64,000 nucleotides of DNA. Source: an uncultured bacterium (GTDB taxonomy: Bacteria > Chloroflexota > UBA5177 > JANWHV01). This document shows positions 42,334-53,632 of the stretch, in pieces. The DNA lies in contig CAVSOU010000017.1 of assembly GCA_963729625.1 (NCBI GenBank), forward strand, positions 128,001 through 192,000. The letters are read 5' to 3'. The first letter of the stretch is position 1. Each line of letters opens with the position of its first letter. The translations under genes and the position numbers were made by a program. Under the pieces are notes generated by a model. The model was given only the letters and a program-made list of their open reading frames with translations. It searched no databases and was not told the origin of the DNA.

Positions 42334-42366
42334 ACTCCGCAATGAGGCAGGCCGGAGAGGGGGCGG

Positions 42367-42762
42367 ATGCACGAGTCGAAGTCCTTCGGTGTGTTGCTTC
42401 AGGACTTCCGCGCGAGGCTCGGTATGGCCCAGAACGCGCTGGCGCGGGCGTCCGGCATCAACGTCGGCACGGTCAACCGCATCGAGCGCGACCAGCGGCT
42501 TCCGGCCGGCCGGGATCAGGCGTTGGCCCTTGCGCGTGCGCTGGGTCTGGATATGGCCCAAACGAATCAGCTGCTCCATGCCGCCGGGCTCCCTGCGGAG
42601 GGCTTTGGTCCAGCGATCACGAGCGATCCACGGATGTGCCGGCTGGCGCTGGTGTTGCAGGATCCGTTCTTGCCATCAGCGGTGCGCGAGGAGTTGATTG
42701 CCGTCATCGATCATGCGGTGCTTCTGGCCACGCACGACCGCGGCCATGCGGCTGGCGCCTGA
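42367..42762 (+). CDS. XRE-family transcriptional regulator
   Basis: FGVLLQDFRARLGMAQNALARASGINVGTVNRIERD. Confidence 0.85.
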   Translation: MHESKSFGVLLQDFRARLGMAQNALARASGINVGTVNRIERDQRLPAGRDQALALARALGLDMAQTNQLLHAAGLPAEGFGPAITSDPRMCRLALVLQDPFLPSAVREELIAVIDHAVLLATHDRGHAAGA

Positions 42763-42763
42763 C

Positions 42764-43702
42764 ATGCCGCGAGGCGACGACTTCTCTTCCGGACCATACG
42801 ATCTGAGCGTGCCACCAGACTGGAGCGCGTTTCCCGGGCTATATCCTCCGCTGTATACGCAGACGCCCGACGTCTTCTTTGACTGGGTGGCCCCGTTCTT
42901 GCCGGAGATCGAGCTTCGCGTCCTGCTCTACCTCATCCGCCGCACGCTGGGCTTCAAGAAGCAGGGTGACCAGATAACCATCGACCAGATTGCCGGCGGC
43001 ATCGTTACCCGCGAGGGAGTGCGCCTGGACTGGGGCGCACAGCTCGGCGAGCGCAGCGTGCAGCGTGCGCTCGCCGGCCTGGAAGGCAAGGGACTGATCG
43101 AGCGGCACAAGCAGCTGGACCCAGATCGGGGGTGGCGGCCCAGCTACATCCGCCTGAGACTCTGCAACGAGGCCGGACAGGACTGGCAGACGCGACCGCA
43201 CCAGTCGGGCCCACCTGTCTCCCCAGGCACCAGGGAGGTGTCCAGCAAGTCACCTGCCACTCGTCGCGCCAGACACCAGACTGGTGTCCCGCTGGGCGTC
43301 TCCGTCTCTCAGACAGCAGATGTCAGCAAGGACACCTACAAGATAGAGAGATCTCTCTATACAGATCAGCAAGAAACAGTAGCGCCCGACCCCTCACAAG
43401 AGAAAGCAGATCGAGGGCTTGATGTGGCGTATAGTGCAATCTGGGACAGCATTAAGAGTGAGCTGGCTACGATCCTAGCGCCTTCGGTCTACCAGAGCCG
43501 CGTGGCCCCGACGTACCAGCGAGGTTCCGACGAAGCCGGGAGGATTGTGGTGCAGTGCCCGGACGGAGCCACAGGTCGGTGGCTGGAGCGCCAGCTCGGC
43601 CGGACGATTCGGGAAATTCTCCACACGCTCTCCGGAGGATCGTGTGCGATCAGCTTTACTGCAGAGAGTAACTCACAGATTCCCGATCAAGGGCATAGCT
43701 GA
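42764..43702 (+). CDS. Phage O-like replication protein (wHTH) fused to C-terminal DnaA domain I (DnaA_N)
   Basis: YTQTPDVFFD..ELRVLLYLIRRTLGFKK..D.I...Q..SVQRALAGLEGKGLI; C-terminal IWDSIKSEL..SVYQS..IVVQCPD...RWLERQL...IREIL; ATG 1 nt after the XRE stop. Confidence 0.7.
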   Translation: MPRGDDFSSGPYDLSVPPDWSAFPGLYPPLYTQTPDVFFDWVAPFLPEIELRVLLYLIRRTLGFKKQGDQITIDQIAGGIVTREGVRLDWGAQLGERSVQRALAGLEGKGLIERHKQLDPDRGWRPSYIRLRLCNEAGQDWQTRPHQSGPPVSPGTREVSSKSPATRRARHQTGVPLGVSVSQTADVSKDTYKIERSLYTDQQETVAPDPSQEKADRGLDVAYSAIWDSIKSELATILAPSVYQSRVAPTYQRGSDEAGRIVVQCPDGATGRWLERQLGRTIREILHTLSGGSCAISFTAESNSQIPDQGHS

Positions 43703-43976
43703 ACTCAGCGGAGTGGGCAAGCCGAGCAAGCGAAGCTATCAACAAGGACCACGGCCGTACCGGGGCCGCGAAACGCGTAAACGGGGCAGTCACAGCGGAT
43801 AGTCGCGTTCGACGTGCGTCCGTAAAGACCCACGGCACCCGAGGAAGGAGAACCATTGTGCTGGGGCCGTGAATATCTTGCTGTCCGGATGCAGATAGGA
43901 CGCCATGGCGGTGTCGCGCGAGTGACCCTGTCGGCTTGGAGGTATGTAGTCGGGAAGGACGCGCGAGGTGGGCGGC

Positions 43977-44873
43977 CTAACCTCCGTGGGGCTCGACGGG
44001 GAGATCTGCCTGGGCGCCCCACTCGTTCCAGCTGCCGTCGTAGTTGGTCAGGTGGGTATAGCCGACCAGACTGAGGGCGAAGAGCACACTGGTGGCGGCC
44101 ACGCCCCCATTGCAATAGGCGATTATCTGCTGGTCGGGCAGCAGTCCGGCCGCGGTCGCGGCGTGCAGTAGCTCGGTGTTGGAGCGGAAGCGCCCGCTGT
44201 CATCCAGGAAGATCTCGCGCGGCAGATTGACGGCGCCGGGGATATGCCCGCCACGCGGTCCACGCTGCACGGCGTTGGTATACTGGGCCTCGTCGCGGGC
44301 GTCTGCCAAGCGAATATCTGGCCGGCCAAGAGCGGCCAGGACCTGCTGGGCAGTGGCACGCCACTGTGGGCGCGTGCGGGGAGTGAATGCGGCTGCGGGG
44401 TAGAGCGGGACGGCCGTGGTTACAGGCCTGCCCTCGCGTTGCCAGCGCGGCCAGCCACCATCGAGGACACGGACGTTGTCGTGGCCATAGTAGCGGAGGA
44501 CCCACCAGAGACGGGTAGCAAACTGGCTGGCAGGGTGGTCATCGTAAGCGACAACGGTCGTCGCGTCGCCGATGCCAACGCCGCCGAGAATCGTGGCCAA
44601 ACGGGCAGGCGGCGCCACCTGCGCGGGAACAGGGTCGTCGAGATCGACGATGTCCTTGGTCCAGTCGAGGTAAACAGCCCCTGGGATATGCGCCGCAGCG
44701 TAGGCATCAGGCAGGCCGAGATACGTAGCATGCTGCATGCGGCCGTCAGTGGTGCTGCGGACCACGCCGCGCATGTCTACGATGCGGATGTCGGGGTTTT
44801 CGAGATGCGCGGCCAGCCACTCAGGGTCTGCTAACCAGGCATCGCGGCCTTCCTGTACCATGTACCTCTCCAA
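43977..44873 (-). CDS. Tandem-rhodanese sulfurtransferase
   Basis: HIPGAV twice, RLWW, LDGG, YCNGGVAA, YDGSWNEW. Confidence 0.92.
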   Translation of the reverse strand: MERYMVQEGRDAWLADPEWLAAHLENPDIRIVDMRGVVRSTTDGRMQHATYLGLPDAYAAAHIPGAVYLDWTKDIVDLDDPVPAQVAPPARLATILGGVGIGDATTVVAYDDHPASQFATRLWWVLRYYGHDNVRVLDGGWPRWQREGRPVTTAVPLYPAAAFTPRTRPQWRATAQQVLAALGRPDIRLADARDEAQYTNAVQRGPRGGHIPGAVNLPREIFLDDSGRFRSNTELLHAATAAGLLPDQQIIAYCNGGVAATSVLFALSLVGYTHLTNYDGSWNEWGAQADLPVEPHGG

Positions 44874-45169
44874 TCGTCATATCCGGCTAGTTGTGCGGCG
44901 CGGTTCGGCTATGCAAGCCGGGGGAGCCGCCTTGGTAGGCAGTCTACCAAGCGTCCGTGCTCTTTGGAGACGGGATTGCGATCACTCCGGCAACACGACG
45001 TCCTGCACGCTAGCGGTGACCTCTGAGGGTATCTGTTGTGCCTGTGTTTCAGGAGCCCAGAGCGCTTGGTATTGTCGCAGTAGAGGCGTGAGCGGGTACG
45101 ATGAGGAGAAATGAGCACAGCGCACGTTTGCACGGCCTCGGCAACACCCAGATCCTTCAGGAGTTCTAG

Positions 45170-46117
45170 ATGCCGGTAAAGATCCCCGATTCGCTCCCAG
45201 CCATGGGCATTCTCGAAAGCGAAAACATCTTCGTGATGGGCGAGAACCGTGCGGTGCATCAGGACATCCGCGCGATCAAGATCGCCATATTGAACCTGAT
45301 GCCCACCAAGATCGTGACCGAGACACAGATTCTGCGTCTGCTCGGTAATTCGCCGATCCAGGTGGAGATAGAGCTCGTGCATATGGAAAGTCACGAATCG
45401 AAGAACACGCCCGTGGAGCACCTGTTGAGGCATTATTCCACGTTCAGCGAGATTCGGGACAACAACTACGACGGACTGATAATCACCGGCGCACCCGTGG
45501 AAACCCTAGCCTTCGAGGAGGTTGATTATTGGGATGAGCTCAAGAGCGTCATGGACTGGGCGCAAACGCACGTGTATTCGACGTTCTACATCTGCTGGGG
45601 CGCTCAGGCCGGCCTTTACCATTACTACGGCATCCCAAAGTACCCTCTTTCCAAGAAGATGTTCGGCGTGTTTCCCCACCACGTTCACGTGCGCTTCGAG
45701 CGGCTAGTACGCGGCTTCGACGATGTGTTTTACGCGCCACACTCGCGCCACACCGAGGTACGGCGAGAGGATATTCTCGCAGTGCCCGACCTCGTCCTGC
45801 TTTCGGAATCCGACGAGGCCGGTGTCTACATCGTGCTCTCTGCCGATCGCCGGCATATCTTTGTGACCGGCCACTCGGAGTACGATCCCCTGACGCTGCG
45901 CGGTGAGTACCTGCGAGACGTACGCAATGGGCTACCGATCGAGGTGCCGCGGAACTACTTCCCCGCAGACGATCCGTCACGGGAACCTCTGGTGCGCTGG
46001 CGCGGGCACTCCAACCTGCTCTACTCCAACTGGCTGAACTACTATGTCTATCAGCAGACACCCTACGATCTCAGTGAGATCCCGGCAAGCCACGGCGGCG
46101 TCCGGTCGGATCCCTGA
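45170..46117 (+). CDS. metA: MetA-family homoserine O-acyltransferase, probably acetyl-specific
   Basis: [31 protein letters not shown]; GAPVE has Glu at the specificity position associated with acetyl-CoA use. Confidence 0.95.
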   Translation: MPVKIPDSLPAMGILESENIFVMGENRAVHQDIRAIKIAILNLMPTKIVTETQILRLLGNSPIQVEIELVHMESHESKNTPVEHLLRHYSTFSEIRDNNYDGLIITGAPVETLAFEEVDYWDELKSVMDWAQTHVYSTFYICWGAQAGLYHYYGIPKYPLSKKMFGVFPHHVHVRFERLVRGFDDVFYAPHSRHTEVRREDILAVPDLVLLSESDEAGVYIVLSADRRHIFVTGHSEYDPLTLRGEYLRDVRNGLPIEVPRNYFPADDPSREPLVRWRGHSNLLYSNWLNYYVYQQTPYDLSEIPASHGGVRSDP

Positions 46118-46553
46118 GGCGGACTTCACGCGTGTCACGGCCGTAGAGCAGAGCGCCGGAGGCCACGTCGCGGACCGCGATCGAGATCTGGTAATGCCCA
46201 AGGCTAAAAACCGGCACGGCGATAACAATCACGCTCGCCATACTGCCGCCACCGCGGATCCGCGGCCCGGAGCTGGCACATAAACCTGGTGCGCAAACGA
46301 CAGAGACGGTTGCCAGTACGGATAGAGTTGGCACGAGAGCGCACTCTCAGACATTTCTTATTTGATTCTTACCCGCGCCTTGGCGCGCTATTGTTTGCCT
46401 ATTAGCATCGCGGCTTAGCCTGATTGCAGGCGGTACCAGGCTGGGCAACAATCCCAGCAAGTTAAGCCATCGCACTCCAACGACGTAGCTGCGGCCATGA
46501 AGCGCGAGCACGAAAACAAGAGATTTCCGAACGCGCGAAGAAAGGACAGGACG

Positions 46554-48075
46554 ATGAGAATGAATAAGAGAGCAGTACGCAAGCTGGCGATGATTGCACT
46601 GGTCGGAGGCGTTGCTACTGCCGGCACGGCCACGTTCGCGGCGACACAGGGAACGAGCAGGGCAGCTGGAGTGGCGAATACAGGGGCAAGCGCGGCGGTC
46701 ACTCCCACGGCGCAGGTGGGAGGTGCCCCGCCCGGGGGAGGAACGCCGCCGGCGGGTGGCGCACCCCCATCCGGTACGCCGCCGGCAGGAGCGCCGCCGG
46801 CGGGAGCGCCGCCGGCGGGTGGACCTTCGGGCGCGCTACCTGGAGGCGGGGCGCCAGGCGCGTCGAGTCAGAAGCAGCTTGGCACCGGGAGCTACACGGT
46901 GAAAGGCGGCTCCGTCAGCAAGGCCAACCGGTCGTATAGCGCGTCGGGCGTCGACCAATCCGCGATCCTCGTCGCCAACGGCGGCACGCTCAGGCTGATT
47001 AACGCCACGATCAAGACAACCGGCAAGTCGTCCTCATCCGATAGCAGTAGCTTTTACGGCCTCAACGCCGGCGTGCTGGCCCATTCCACGGGTAAGGTGA
47101 TGCTGTCTGGCAGCTCGATCAGCACTACTGGCGCGGGCGCCAACGGGCTGTTTCGCCTACGGGAGCGGGGCATCAGCCTCGATGTCGAACAGCAGCATTA
47201 CAGCTACGGGCCAGTATGCGCACGGCGTGATGGCCAGTGGTGGCGGCACGCTATCCATCTCCAATGTCACGATCAAGACGGCGGGCGGTAGCGCCGCCGC
47301 CGTCGCCACGGACCGGGGCGGCGGCACGATCAGGGTCAAGGGCGGCACCATGATCACATCCGGATCCGGCTCGCCCGGTGTCTACTCCACCGGCAAGATC
47401 ACCGTCTCAGGCGCCAAGATGACGGCTACAGGGTCGGAAGCCGCGGTGATCGAGGGAAGCAACTCAATCAGTCTGACCAATAGCGATCTCACCGGCTCGA
47501 AGCTCTGGGGAGTGATGATCTATCAGAGCTTCTCGGGTGACGCACAAGGCGCGAACGGCGTCTTTACAATGACCGGCGGCTCGTTGACGGCGCTTACCGG
47601 GCCCTTGTTCCACGTGACCAACTCGACGGCAGTGATCACGCTGAAGGGCGTGAAGCTCAGCGCTGTGTCCGGCACGCTGGTGAATGTGAGCGCGGATCGC
47701 TGGGGCACGGCAGGGTCGAACGGCGGCACGGCAAACCTCACCGCCGATCACCAGACGCTAACCGGCGACATCGTCGCCGACCGCTATAGCGCGGTCTCGA
47801 TCGCGCTGAAGAACGGATCGGTGCTGACCGGCGCCATCAACGCGGGCAGGACGGCCAAGGCGGCTGCTCTCACCCTGGACGCGTTCAGCACGTGGAAGGT
47901 GACGGCTGACTCCACGCTCACCAGCCTCACCGGGGCCAAGATCTCCGGCTCCACGCTCACCAACATCGTGGGCAACGGTCACACGGTGAGCTACCAGAAG
48001 AGCCTCGCCACGAACGCGTGGCTAGGCGGCAAGACTTACACCCTGGCGAACGGCGGGAAGCTCGTCGCCATCTGA
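46554..48075 (+). pseudogene. Secreted beta-helix protein with Pro/Gly linker, one-base frameshift at about 47152
   Basis: Signal peptide, PPAGG repeats, SSFYGLNAGV; removing one T from CTGTTTCGCC gives GLFAYGSGASASM in frame with 47182..48075. Confidence 0.75.
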
Positions 48076-48085
48076 TAGCGCTCAC

Positions 48086-48145
48086 CGAGGAAGTGGATAC
48101 ACCCGGGCCTGTCGATCGACAGGCCCGGGTGTATCCACTTCCTCG
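48086..48145. repeat. 60-bp perfect palindrome with no spacer
   Basis: CGAGGAAGTGGATACACCCGGGCCTGTCGA|TCGACAGGCCCGGGTGTATCCACTTCCTCG, 10 nt after the stop at 48075. Confidence 0.95.
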
Positions 48146-48391
48146 ACGATCACCGCAACTCACTTAAGCGCGGGCCTCCCGTTCCCTCAAGCGGCCATGC
48201 TATCCTGCATCTGTAGAAGAGCTCGACGTCTCGACGCAGGAGCCCGGGCCTACGCGCGACGCAATTGTCCGGCCGGCGACGAAAGCCGCACTATAGAGGG
48301 TCAGCCCGGGCAGCGCCGATTCTGGGGCGACACCACCATCATGCGCGGCGCAATGAGCCGCGGACCATATACTCGTACGGGAGGAATTGGC

Positions 48392-49315
48392 ATGGCTGAG
48401 CATGACTCGAGGCTCTTCGAGATTCTGGATGAGCGGTTCGCGCGCTGTTTCAACGGCAATGCCCGTCTCGAGCAGCTCTATACCGGTTGCCGTTGGGCGG
48501 AAGGACCAGCCTACTTTCCTGCCGGTCGCTATCTGGTGTGGAGCGATATCCCCAACGACCGCATGCTGCGTTGGGACGACGCGACCGGCACGGTGGGAGT
48601 ATTCCGCCACCCGGCGGGCTATTCCAACGGCAATACCGTCGATCGTGCCGGCCGCCTGGTCACGTGCGAGCATGGTAATCGCCGCGTCACGCGCACGGAG
48701 CACGACGGCACGATCACCGTAGTCGCGGACCGGTGCGAAGGCAAGCGCTTGAACAGCCCGAACGACGTAGTCGTGAAGTCCGATGGCTCGATCTGGTTCA
48801 CCGACCCACCCTACGGAATCGAGACGGACCTGGAAGGGCACCGGGCAGAGAGCGAGGCCGGGGCCAACCATGTCTATCGGGTCGACCCGCATACCGGCGC
48901 CTGCCGTATTGCCGCGAGCGACTTCGATCGACCCAACGGCCTGGCCTTCTCGCCGGACGAGCGCCTCCTCTACGTCTCGGACACGGGCGTCTCGCACACG
49001 CCCGGCGGCCCACGCCACATCCGCGTCTTCGACGTGGCCGAAGACGGCAAGCTTTCCGGCGGCCACGTGTTCGCCACCTGCACTGCCGGCCTTTTCGACG
49101 GCTTTCGGCTGGACGAAGCAGGGCGGATCTGGACGAGCGCGGACGATGGAGTGCATTGCTATGACGCGGACGGCAGCCTGATAGGCAAGATCCACGTGCC
49201 CGAAACCGTGGCCAATGTGGTATTCGGCTGGCCGAAACGCAACCGCCTCTTCATTTGCGGCACCACGTCGATCTACGCGATCCTGCTCCCGGTCAACGGG
49301 GCGCGCACATTCTGA
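48392..49315 (+). CDS. SMP-30/gluconolactonase family (sugar-lactone lactonase)
   Basis: WAEGP, WSDIPN, SNGNT, LNSPND, WFTDPPYG, PNGLAFSPD, DGFR; GGAGG RBS. Confidence 0.92.
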   Translation: MAEHDSRLFEILDERFARCFNGNARLEQLYTGCRWAEGPAYFPAGRYLVWSDIPNDRMLRWDDATGTVGVFRHPAGYSNGNTVDRAGRLVTCEHGNRRVTRTEHDGTITVVADRCEGKRLNSPNDVVVKSDGSIWFTDPPYGIETDLEGHRAESEAGANHVYRVDPHTGACRIAASDFDRPNGLAFSPDERLLYVSDTGVSHTPGGPRHIRVFDVAEDGKLSGGHVFATCTAGLFDGFRLDEAGRIWTSADDGVHCYDADGSLIGKIHVPETVANVVFGWPKRNRLFICGTTSIYAILLPVNGARTF

Positions 49316-49369
49316 GACTGCGGCTCTAAGCTCGCGTCATCTTTGCTGTCGGCACACCGGACTCAAGGC

Positions 49370-50230
49370 CTATGACGGCACGAAAGGGAACAGCCGCCGT
49401 CGCAACTCCTGTGTAAGCGGCGCACCGTACTCGCATGTCTCGAATGCCTCGGCATGCTGAACATGCTCGCCGCGCGTCGTGCCATACACGCCTATCAGCT
49501 GGGATCGGTAGCGCTCCGCGACAGCCGCGAACGTCGGGGCGTACGTGGCACTCAGCCATGCCCGGCGCTGCGCCTGGTCGCTCGGGACGCTGGGCAACTG
49601 CCCGCTGGTATACGGCAGCCATTCATACATCTGTGAGGCGTGCTGATGCAACATTTCCAGCTTGAGGGAGAGCACGGCATCGATGTCGATGACGACGTCC
49701 GGCGTGAACGGATAAGGGCGGCGAAACAGATCGCCCATATAGGCAATGACTGGATTGTGGAACAGGGCGGGAGTGAGTCCTACGAGCTCCGGTACCGTGA
49801 CCAAATACGCGGCGTCCTGGACGAGCATCGCCGTGTAGCGGTGGTCAGGGTGGTAATCATAAGGTCGGTGCGTCAGCACAAGGTCCGGACGCGCCTGGCG
49901 CATGAGATCGATCACGATGCGGCGATTGGCTAAACTGGGCTCGATCGCGCCATCGTGGGTATCCAGCACCGTGTACTGAATGCCGAGGACGGCAGCGGCG
50001 CGCCGCGCCTCCTCCAGACGCCGTCGTGCCAGGACTGCCCCTCCCATGGCGTAGTGCCCTGCATCGCCATTGGAAAGAGATACGAACTGCACGCGATGGC
50101 CTGCACGCACGCACAGCGCTGCCAATCCCCCGGCCCCTTCGTCCGCGTCATCCGGGTGCGCACCGATCACCAAGATTACCACGGGCTGCAGTGCAGGGTT
50201 ATCGGCGGCCTCGTTTTGGTCGTCAGGCAT
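49370..50230 (-). CDS. PIG-L/LmbE-family deacetylase
   Basis: GAHPDD, SNGDAG, RRLEE, DYHPDH, HASQ. Confidence 0.9.
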   Translation of the reverse strand: MPDDQNEAADNPALQPVVILVIGAHPDDADEGAGGLAALCVRAGHRVQFVSLSNGDAGHYAMGGAVLARRRLEEARRAAAVLGIQYTVLDTHDGAIEPSLANRRIVIDLMRQARPDLVLTHRPYDYHPDHRYTAMLVQDAAYLVTVPELVGLTPALFHNPVIAYMGDLFRRPYPFTPDVVIDIDAVLSLKLEMLHQHASQMYEWLPYTSGQLPSVPSDQAQRRAWLSATYAPTFAAVAERYRSQLIGVYGTTRGEHVQHAEAFETCEYGAPLTQELRRRLFPFVPS

Positions 50231-50679
50231 TGTCTCAGTCTCCTGGTGCATCGAGCCAAACATCCAGACTTGGCTCACACCGAACAGTGCTTGAACCGCG
50301 GGAGAATGTCGCGATTTTGGGCGAGCATCTCGTGAGCCATCGTTCGGTCCCTCTTCCATCGCGGCCTATCATGTTGCAGCGGCCGGCATCGCGAGAACCA
50401 TATGCAGCAGAGTGCCGATCAAACGCACCCACGACTGGGCGCCCGTACTCAGGAGGTTAGCCCGGAATACGTCTGCAACGTAGCATACTCTTGCCCCCGG
50501 TAGCAGCGAGCGTCGGTGTAACGGCGCGTGAGTCGCGCTTTGCACCGCCCCCCACTCTTGCTGAATACTCAGTTACGAGCGAGCAATCGCTAACAAGTGA
50601 AACCAGGCATGCGCGAGGGCAGTGACAGCTATGTCACAAGCGCCGCGGCTGCCTTCATCGGGCGATAGAGGAGACAGCA

Positions 50680-52656
50680 ATGGCGACGCCGATAGAGCCG
50701 GAAGGTGTGCTGGACACGGGGATCACATCCCTCTACGATGTGAAAACCCGGGCGGCGGGCCCGTCCGGTAGCCTGCCGCTCACAGAGAAGATGCTGCTCG
50801 AGCAACCAAGCGGCGACATTTTCGGCCTCACGCAAGACGCCGGGATGGGCTGGGAGCCGCGGCTGCTCGATCGGAAGGAGTTTTTGATCCTGAGTACGCA
50901 GGGCGGCATACGCCGGCCGGACGGCTCCCCCGTCGCGCTCGGCTACCATACCGGCCACTGGGAGGTAGGGCTGCTGATGACGGCGGCGGCCGAGGAGCTG
51001 CGTGCCCTCGATGCCACGCCGTTTGCCGGATTCTGCACCGATCCCTGTGACGGCCGCAGCCAGGGCACCGTGGCCATGATGGATTCCCTTCCTTACAGAA
51101 ACGATGCGGCACAGGTGTTCCGGCGGCTGATACGCTCCCTCCCTACCAGGAAGGGTGTGATTGGAGTAGCGACCTGTGATAAAGGCCTGCCGGCCATGAT
51201 GATGGCCCTGGCAGCCATGCGCGATCTGCCCTGCGTGCTGGTGCCGGGCGGCGTAACGCTGCCGGCAGAAGGAGGGGAGGATGCCGGCACGACACAGACT
51301 CTCAACGTGCGCTTCGCAAATCAGATGATCTCGTTGCAAGACGCCGCGATAGCGGGATGCCGTGTATGCGGCACGCCCGGCGGCGGCTGCCAGTTTCTCG
51401 GCACCGCGGCAACCGCTCAGGTGGTTGCCGAGGCGCTGGGCCTGGCCCTGCCGCACTCAGCGCTGGCGCCGTCGGGCCAGCCAATCTGGCTGGACATGGC
51501 GCGCCGCTCGGCGCGCTCGGTGGTCGCCCTGGAGGCGCGGGGGATCACGATGTCCCAGATCCTGACGCAGGAGGCACTGCACAACGCCATGGTCGTGCAC
51601 GCCGCCTTCGGCGGTTCCACCAATTTGCTGCTCCACATCCCGGCTATTGCCTATCACGCCGGTCTGCGCCGACCGGACGTGGCGGACTGGCACCGCATCA
51701 ACCTGCAGGTGCCGCGGCTCGTGGATGCCCTGCCGAACGGGCCGCTCAACCATCCGACGATCCGCGTGTTCCTGGCGGGCGGCGTGCCTGAAGTGATGCT
51801 GCATCTGCGGCGGCTGAAGCTGCTGCACGAGGAGGTGCTGACGGTGGCCGGGACGCAGCTCGGCGCCGTTCTCGACTGGTGGGAGCGATCGGAACGCCGC
51901 GAACGGCTGCGGGAACGGCTGGTTAGCGAGGACGGTGTCGATCCGGATTCCGTGATCATGAGCCCCGATCAGGCCAGGGCTCGCGGACTCACCAGTACCG
52001 TTACCTTCCCACGCGGCAACCTGGCCCCCGAGGGAAGCGTGATCAAGAGCACGTCGATTGACCCGTCGGTAGTCGACGCCGACGGCGTATACAGGAAAGT
52101 CGGCCCGGCCAGGGTGTTCACGAGTGAGCGAGGCGTGATGACCGCGCTCAAGAGCCTGGGATCGGATCGTATTCGTCCCGGCGACGTGATCGTACTCTGC
52201 TGCCGAGGCCCGCTCGGCGCCGGCATGGAAGAGATCGCGCAAATCACGTTTGCACTGAAGAATCTGCCTTTTGGCAAGCACGTGGCAGTGCTGACCGACG
52301 CCCGATTCTCCGGCGTCTCGACCGGCGCGTGCATCGGTCATATTGGACCCGAGGCTTTGGCCGGAGGACCGATCGGTAAGGTCCTGGACGGCGATCTGAT
52401 CGAGATAGTGATCGACCGCGGTCTTCTCGAGGGCAGCGTCAACCTGGTAGGCCATGGCACGACCACGATCGGGGCCGAGGCGGGCGCGCGTCTCCTGGTT
52501 GAGCGTCCCAGCCGGCCGGACCTGGCGCCGGACCCGGCGCTGCCGGACGATACGCGGCTGTGGGCCTTGCTCCAGGCAGTCGGTGGCGGCACGTGGGGAG
52601 GCTGCGTGGCGGATGTCGACGCGATCGCCGCTGCGCTGGCGCGTGGAATGGCCTGA
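50680..52656 (+). CDS. yjhG: YjhG/YagF-type D-xylonate dehydratase (IlvD/EDD family)
   Basis: [46 protein letters not shown]. Confidence 0.9.
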   Translation: MATPIEPEGVLDTGITSLYDVKTRAAGPSGSLPLTEKMLLEQPSGDIFGLTQDAGMGWEPRLLDRKEFLILSTQGGIRRPDGSPVALGYHTGHWEVGLLMTAAAEELRALDATPFAGFCTDPCDGRSQGTVAMMDSLPYRNDAAQVFRRLIRSLPTRKGVIGVATCDKGLPAMMMALAAMRDLPCVLVPGGVTLPAEGGEDAGTTQTLNVRFANQMISLQDAAIAGCRVCGTPGGGCQFLGTAATAQVVAEALGLALPHSALAPSGQPIWLDMARRSARSVVALEARGITMSQILTQEALHNAMVVHAAFGGSTNLLLHIPAIAYHAGLRRPDVADWHRINLQVPRLVDALPNGPLNHPTIRVFLAGGVPEVMLHLRRLKLLHEEVLTVAGTQLGAVLDWWERSERRERLRERLVSEDGVDPDSVIMSPDQARARGLTSTVTFPRGNLAPEGSVIKSTSIDPSVVDADGVYRKVGPARVFTSERGVMTALKSLGSDRIRPGDVIVLCCRGPLGAGMEEIAQITFALKNLPFGKHVAVLTDARFSGVSTGACIGHIGPEALAGGPIGKVLDGDLIEIVIDRGLLEGSVNLVGHGTTTIGAEAGARLLVERPSRPDLAPDPALPDDTRLWALLQAVGGGTWGGCVADVDAIAAALARGMA

Positions 52657-52723
52657 ATCGCCGGCAATCGGCCGAACATGATACGGTGACCATAGCACCG
52701 GGCCGTCATGAGGAGGGTGGTTC

Positions 52724-53632
52724 ATGTATAGCGGCGTCTTTCCAGTTCTGCCGACCACGTTCGACGAACATGGCGTGCTGGATCTCGAGAGCCAGAAGCG
52801 CAGCGTCGACTTCCTGATCGCCGCGGGCGTGGACGGCATCTGCATTCTGGCCAACTACTCGGAGCAGTTCTCCCTGCTCGACGCCGAGCGGCAGCAACTG
52901 ACCGAGGTGCTGCTGGCGCACGTAGCCGGGCGCGTGCCGGTGATCGTCACCACCACCCACTTCAGCTCGGCGATTGCCGCCGCGCGCAGCCGGCAGGCTC
53001 AGGATCTTGGCGCGGCAATGGTGATGCTGATGCCGCCGTATCATGGCGCGGCAATTCGTGCCACGGAGCAGGGGATCGTCGAGTTCTTTCGTACCGTCTC
53101 GGATGCGATCAGCATTCCGATCATGCTCCAGGACGCTCCTGTGAGTGGCATGCCCCTCTCTCCCGCGCTACTGGCCCGGCTGGCGCAGGAGGTCGATAAC
53201 CTGAAGTACTTCAAGATCGAGGGACCAGGAGCTACCGCCAAGCTGCGCGATCTCACGGAGCGCGGCGGGCACGGCATTGAGGGTCCGTTTGACGGCGAGG
53301 AGGCCATCACGCTGCTGCCCGATCTCGATGCAGGCGCGACCGGCACGATGCCGAGCAGTATGATTCCCGAGATCCTCGCGCGCGTGGCGTCACTTTACCG
53401 TAGCGGCAGTCGCGATCAAGCCATGGCCCTCTACGAGCACTGGGTGCCGCTGATTCTCTACGAAAACCGGCAATGTGGGTTGCATGCCGCGAAGGTGCTG
53501 ATGAAGGAGGGAGGGATCATCGCGTGCGAAGCTACGCGCCACCCCTTTGCTCCGCTGCACCCTGCCACCCGCGCGGGCCTGGTCGAGATTGCCCGCCGGT
53601 TGGATCCGCTCATCTTGCGCTGGGCACGCTAG
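52724..53632 (+). CDS. DHDPS-family protein, likely 2-keto-3-deoxypentonate dehydratase
   Basis: LANYSEQF, TTTHFS, MPPYHGA, QDAP, YFKIE, DGEEAITL: pattern of the L-KDA dehydratase subgroup. Confidence 0.8.
   Translation: MYSGVFPVLPTTFDEHGVLDLESQKRSVDFLIAAGVDGICILANYSEQFSLLDAERQQLTEVLLAHVAGRVPVIVTTTHFSSAIAAARSRQAQDLGAAMVMLMPPYHGAAIRATEQGIVEFFRTVSDAISIPIMLQDAPVSGMPLSPALLARLAQEVDNLKYFKIEGPGATAKLRDLTERGGHGIEGPFDGEEAITLLPDLDAGATGTMPSSMIPEILARVASLYRSGSRDQAMALYEHWVPLILYENRQCGLHAAKVLMKEGGIIACEATRHPFAPLHPATRAGLVEIARRLDPLILRWAR

Noticed and set aside
42367-43702. Intact prophage or integrated plasmid
   Set aside because: No integrase, att repeats, partition or structural genes nearby
44874-45169. SAM riboswitch upstream of metA
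   Set aside because: Core elements (ATC-AGAG, GCAACC, GTGC-AA-TCC, GAT) could not be found in order
46727-46850. GCCGCCGGC tandem repeats as a DNA element
   Set aside because: Explained by the PPAG linker of the secreted protein
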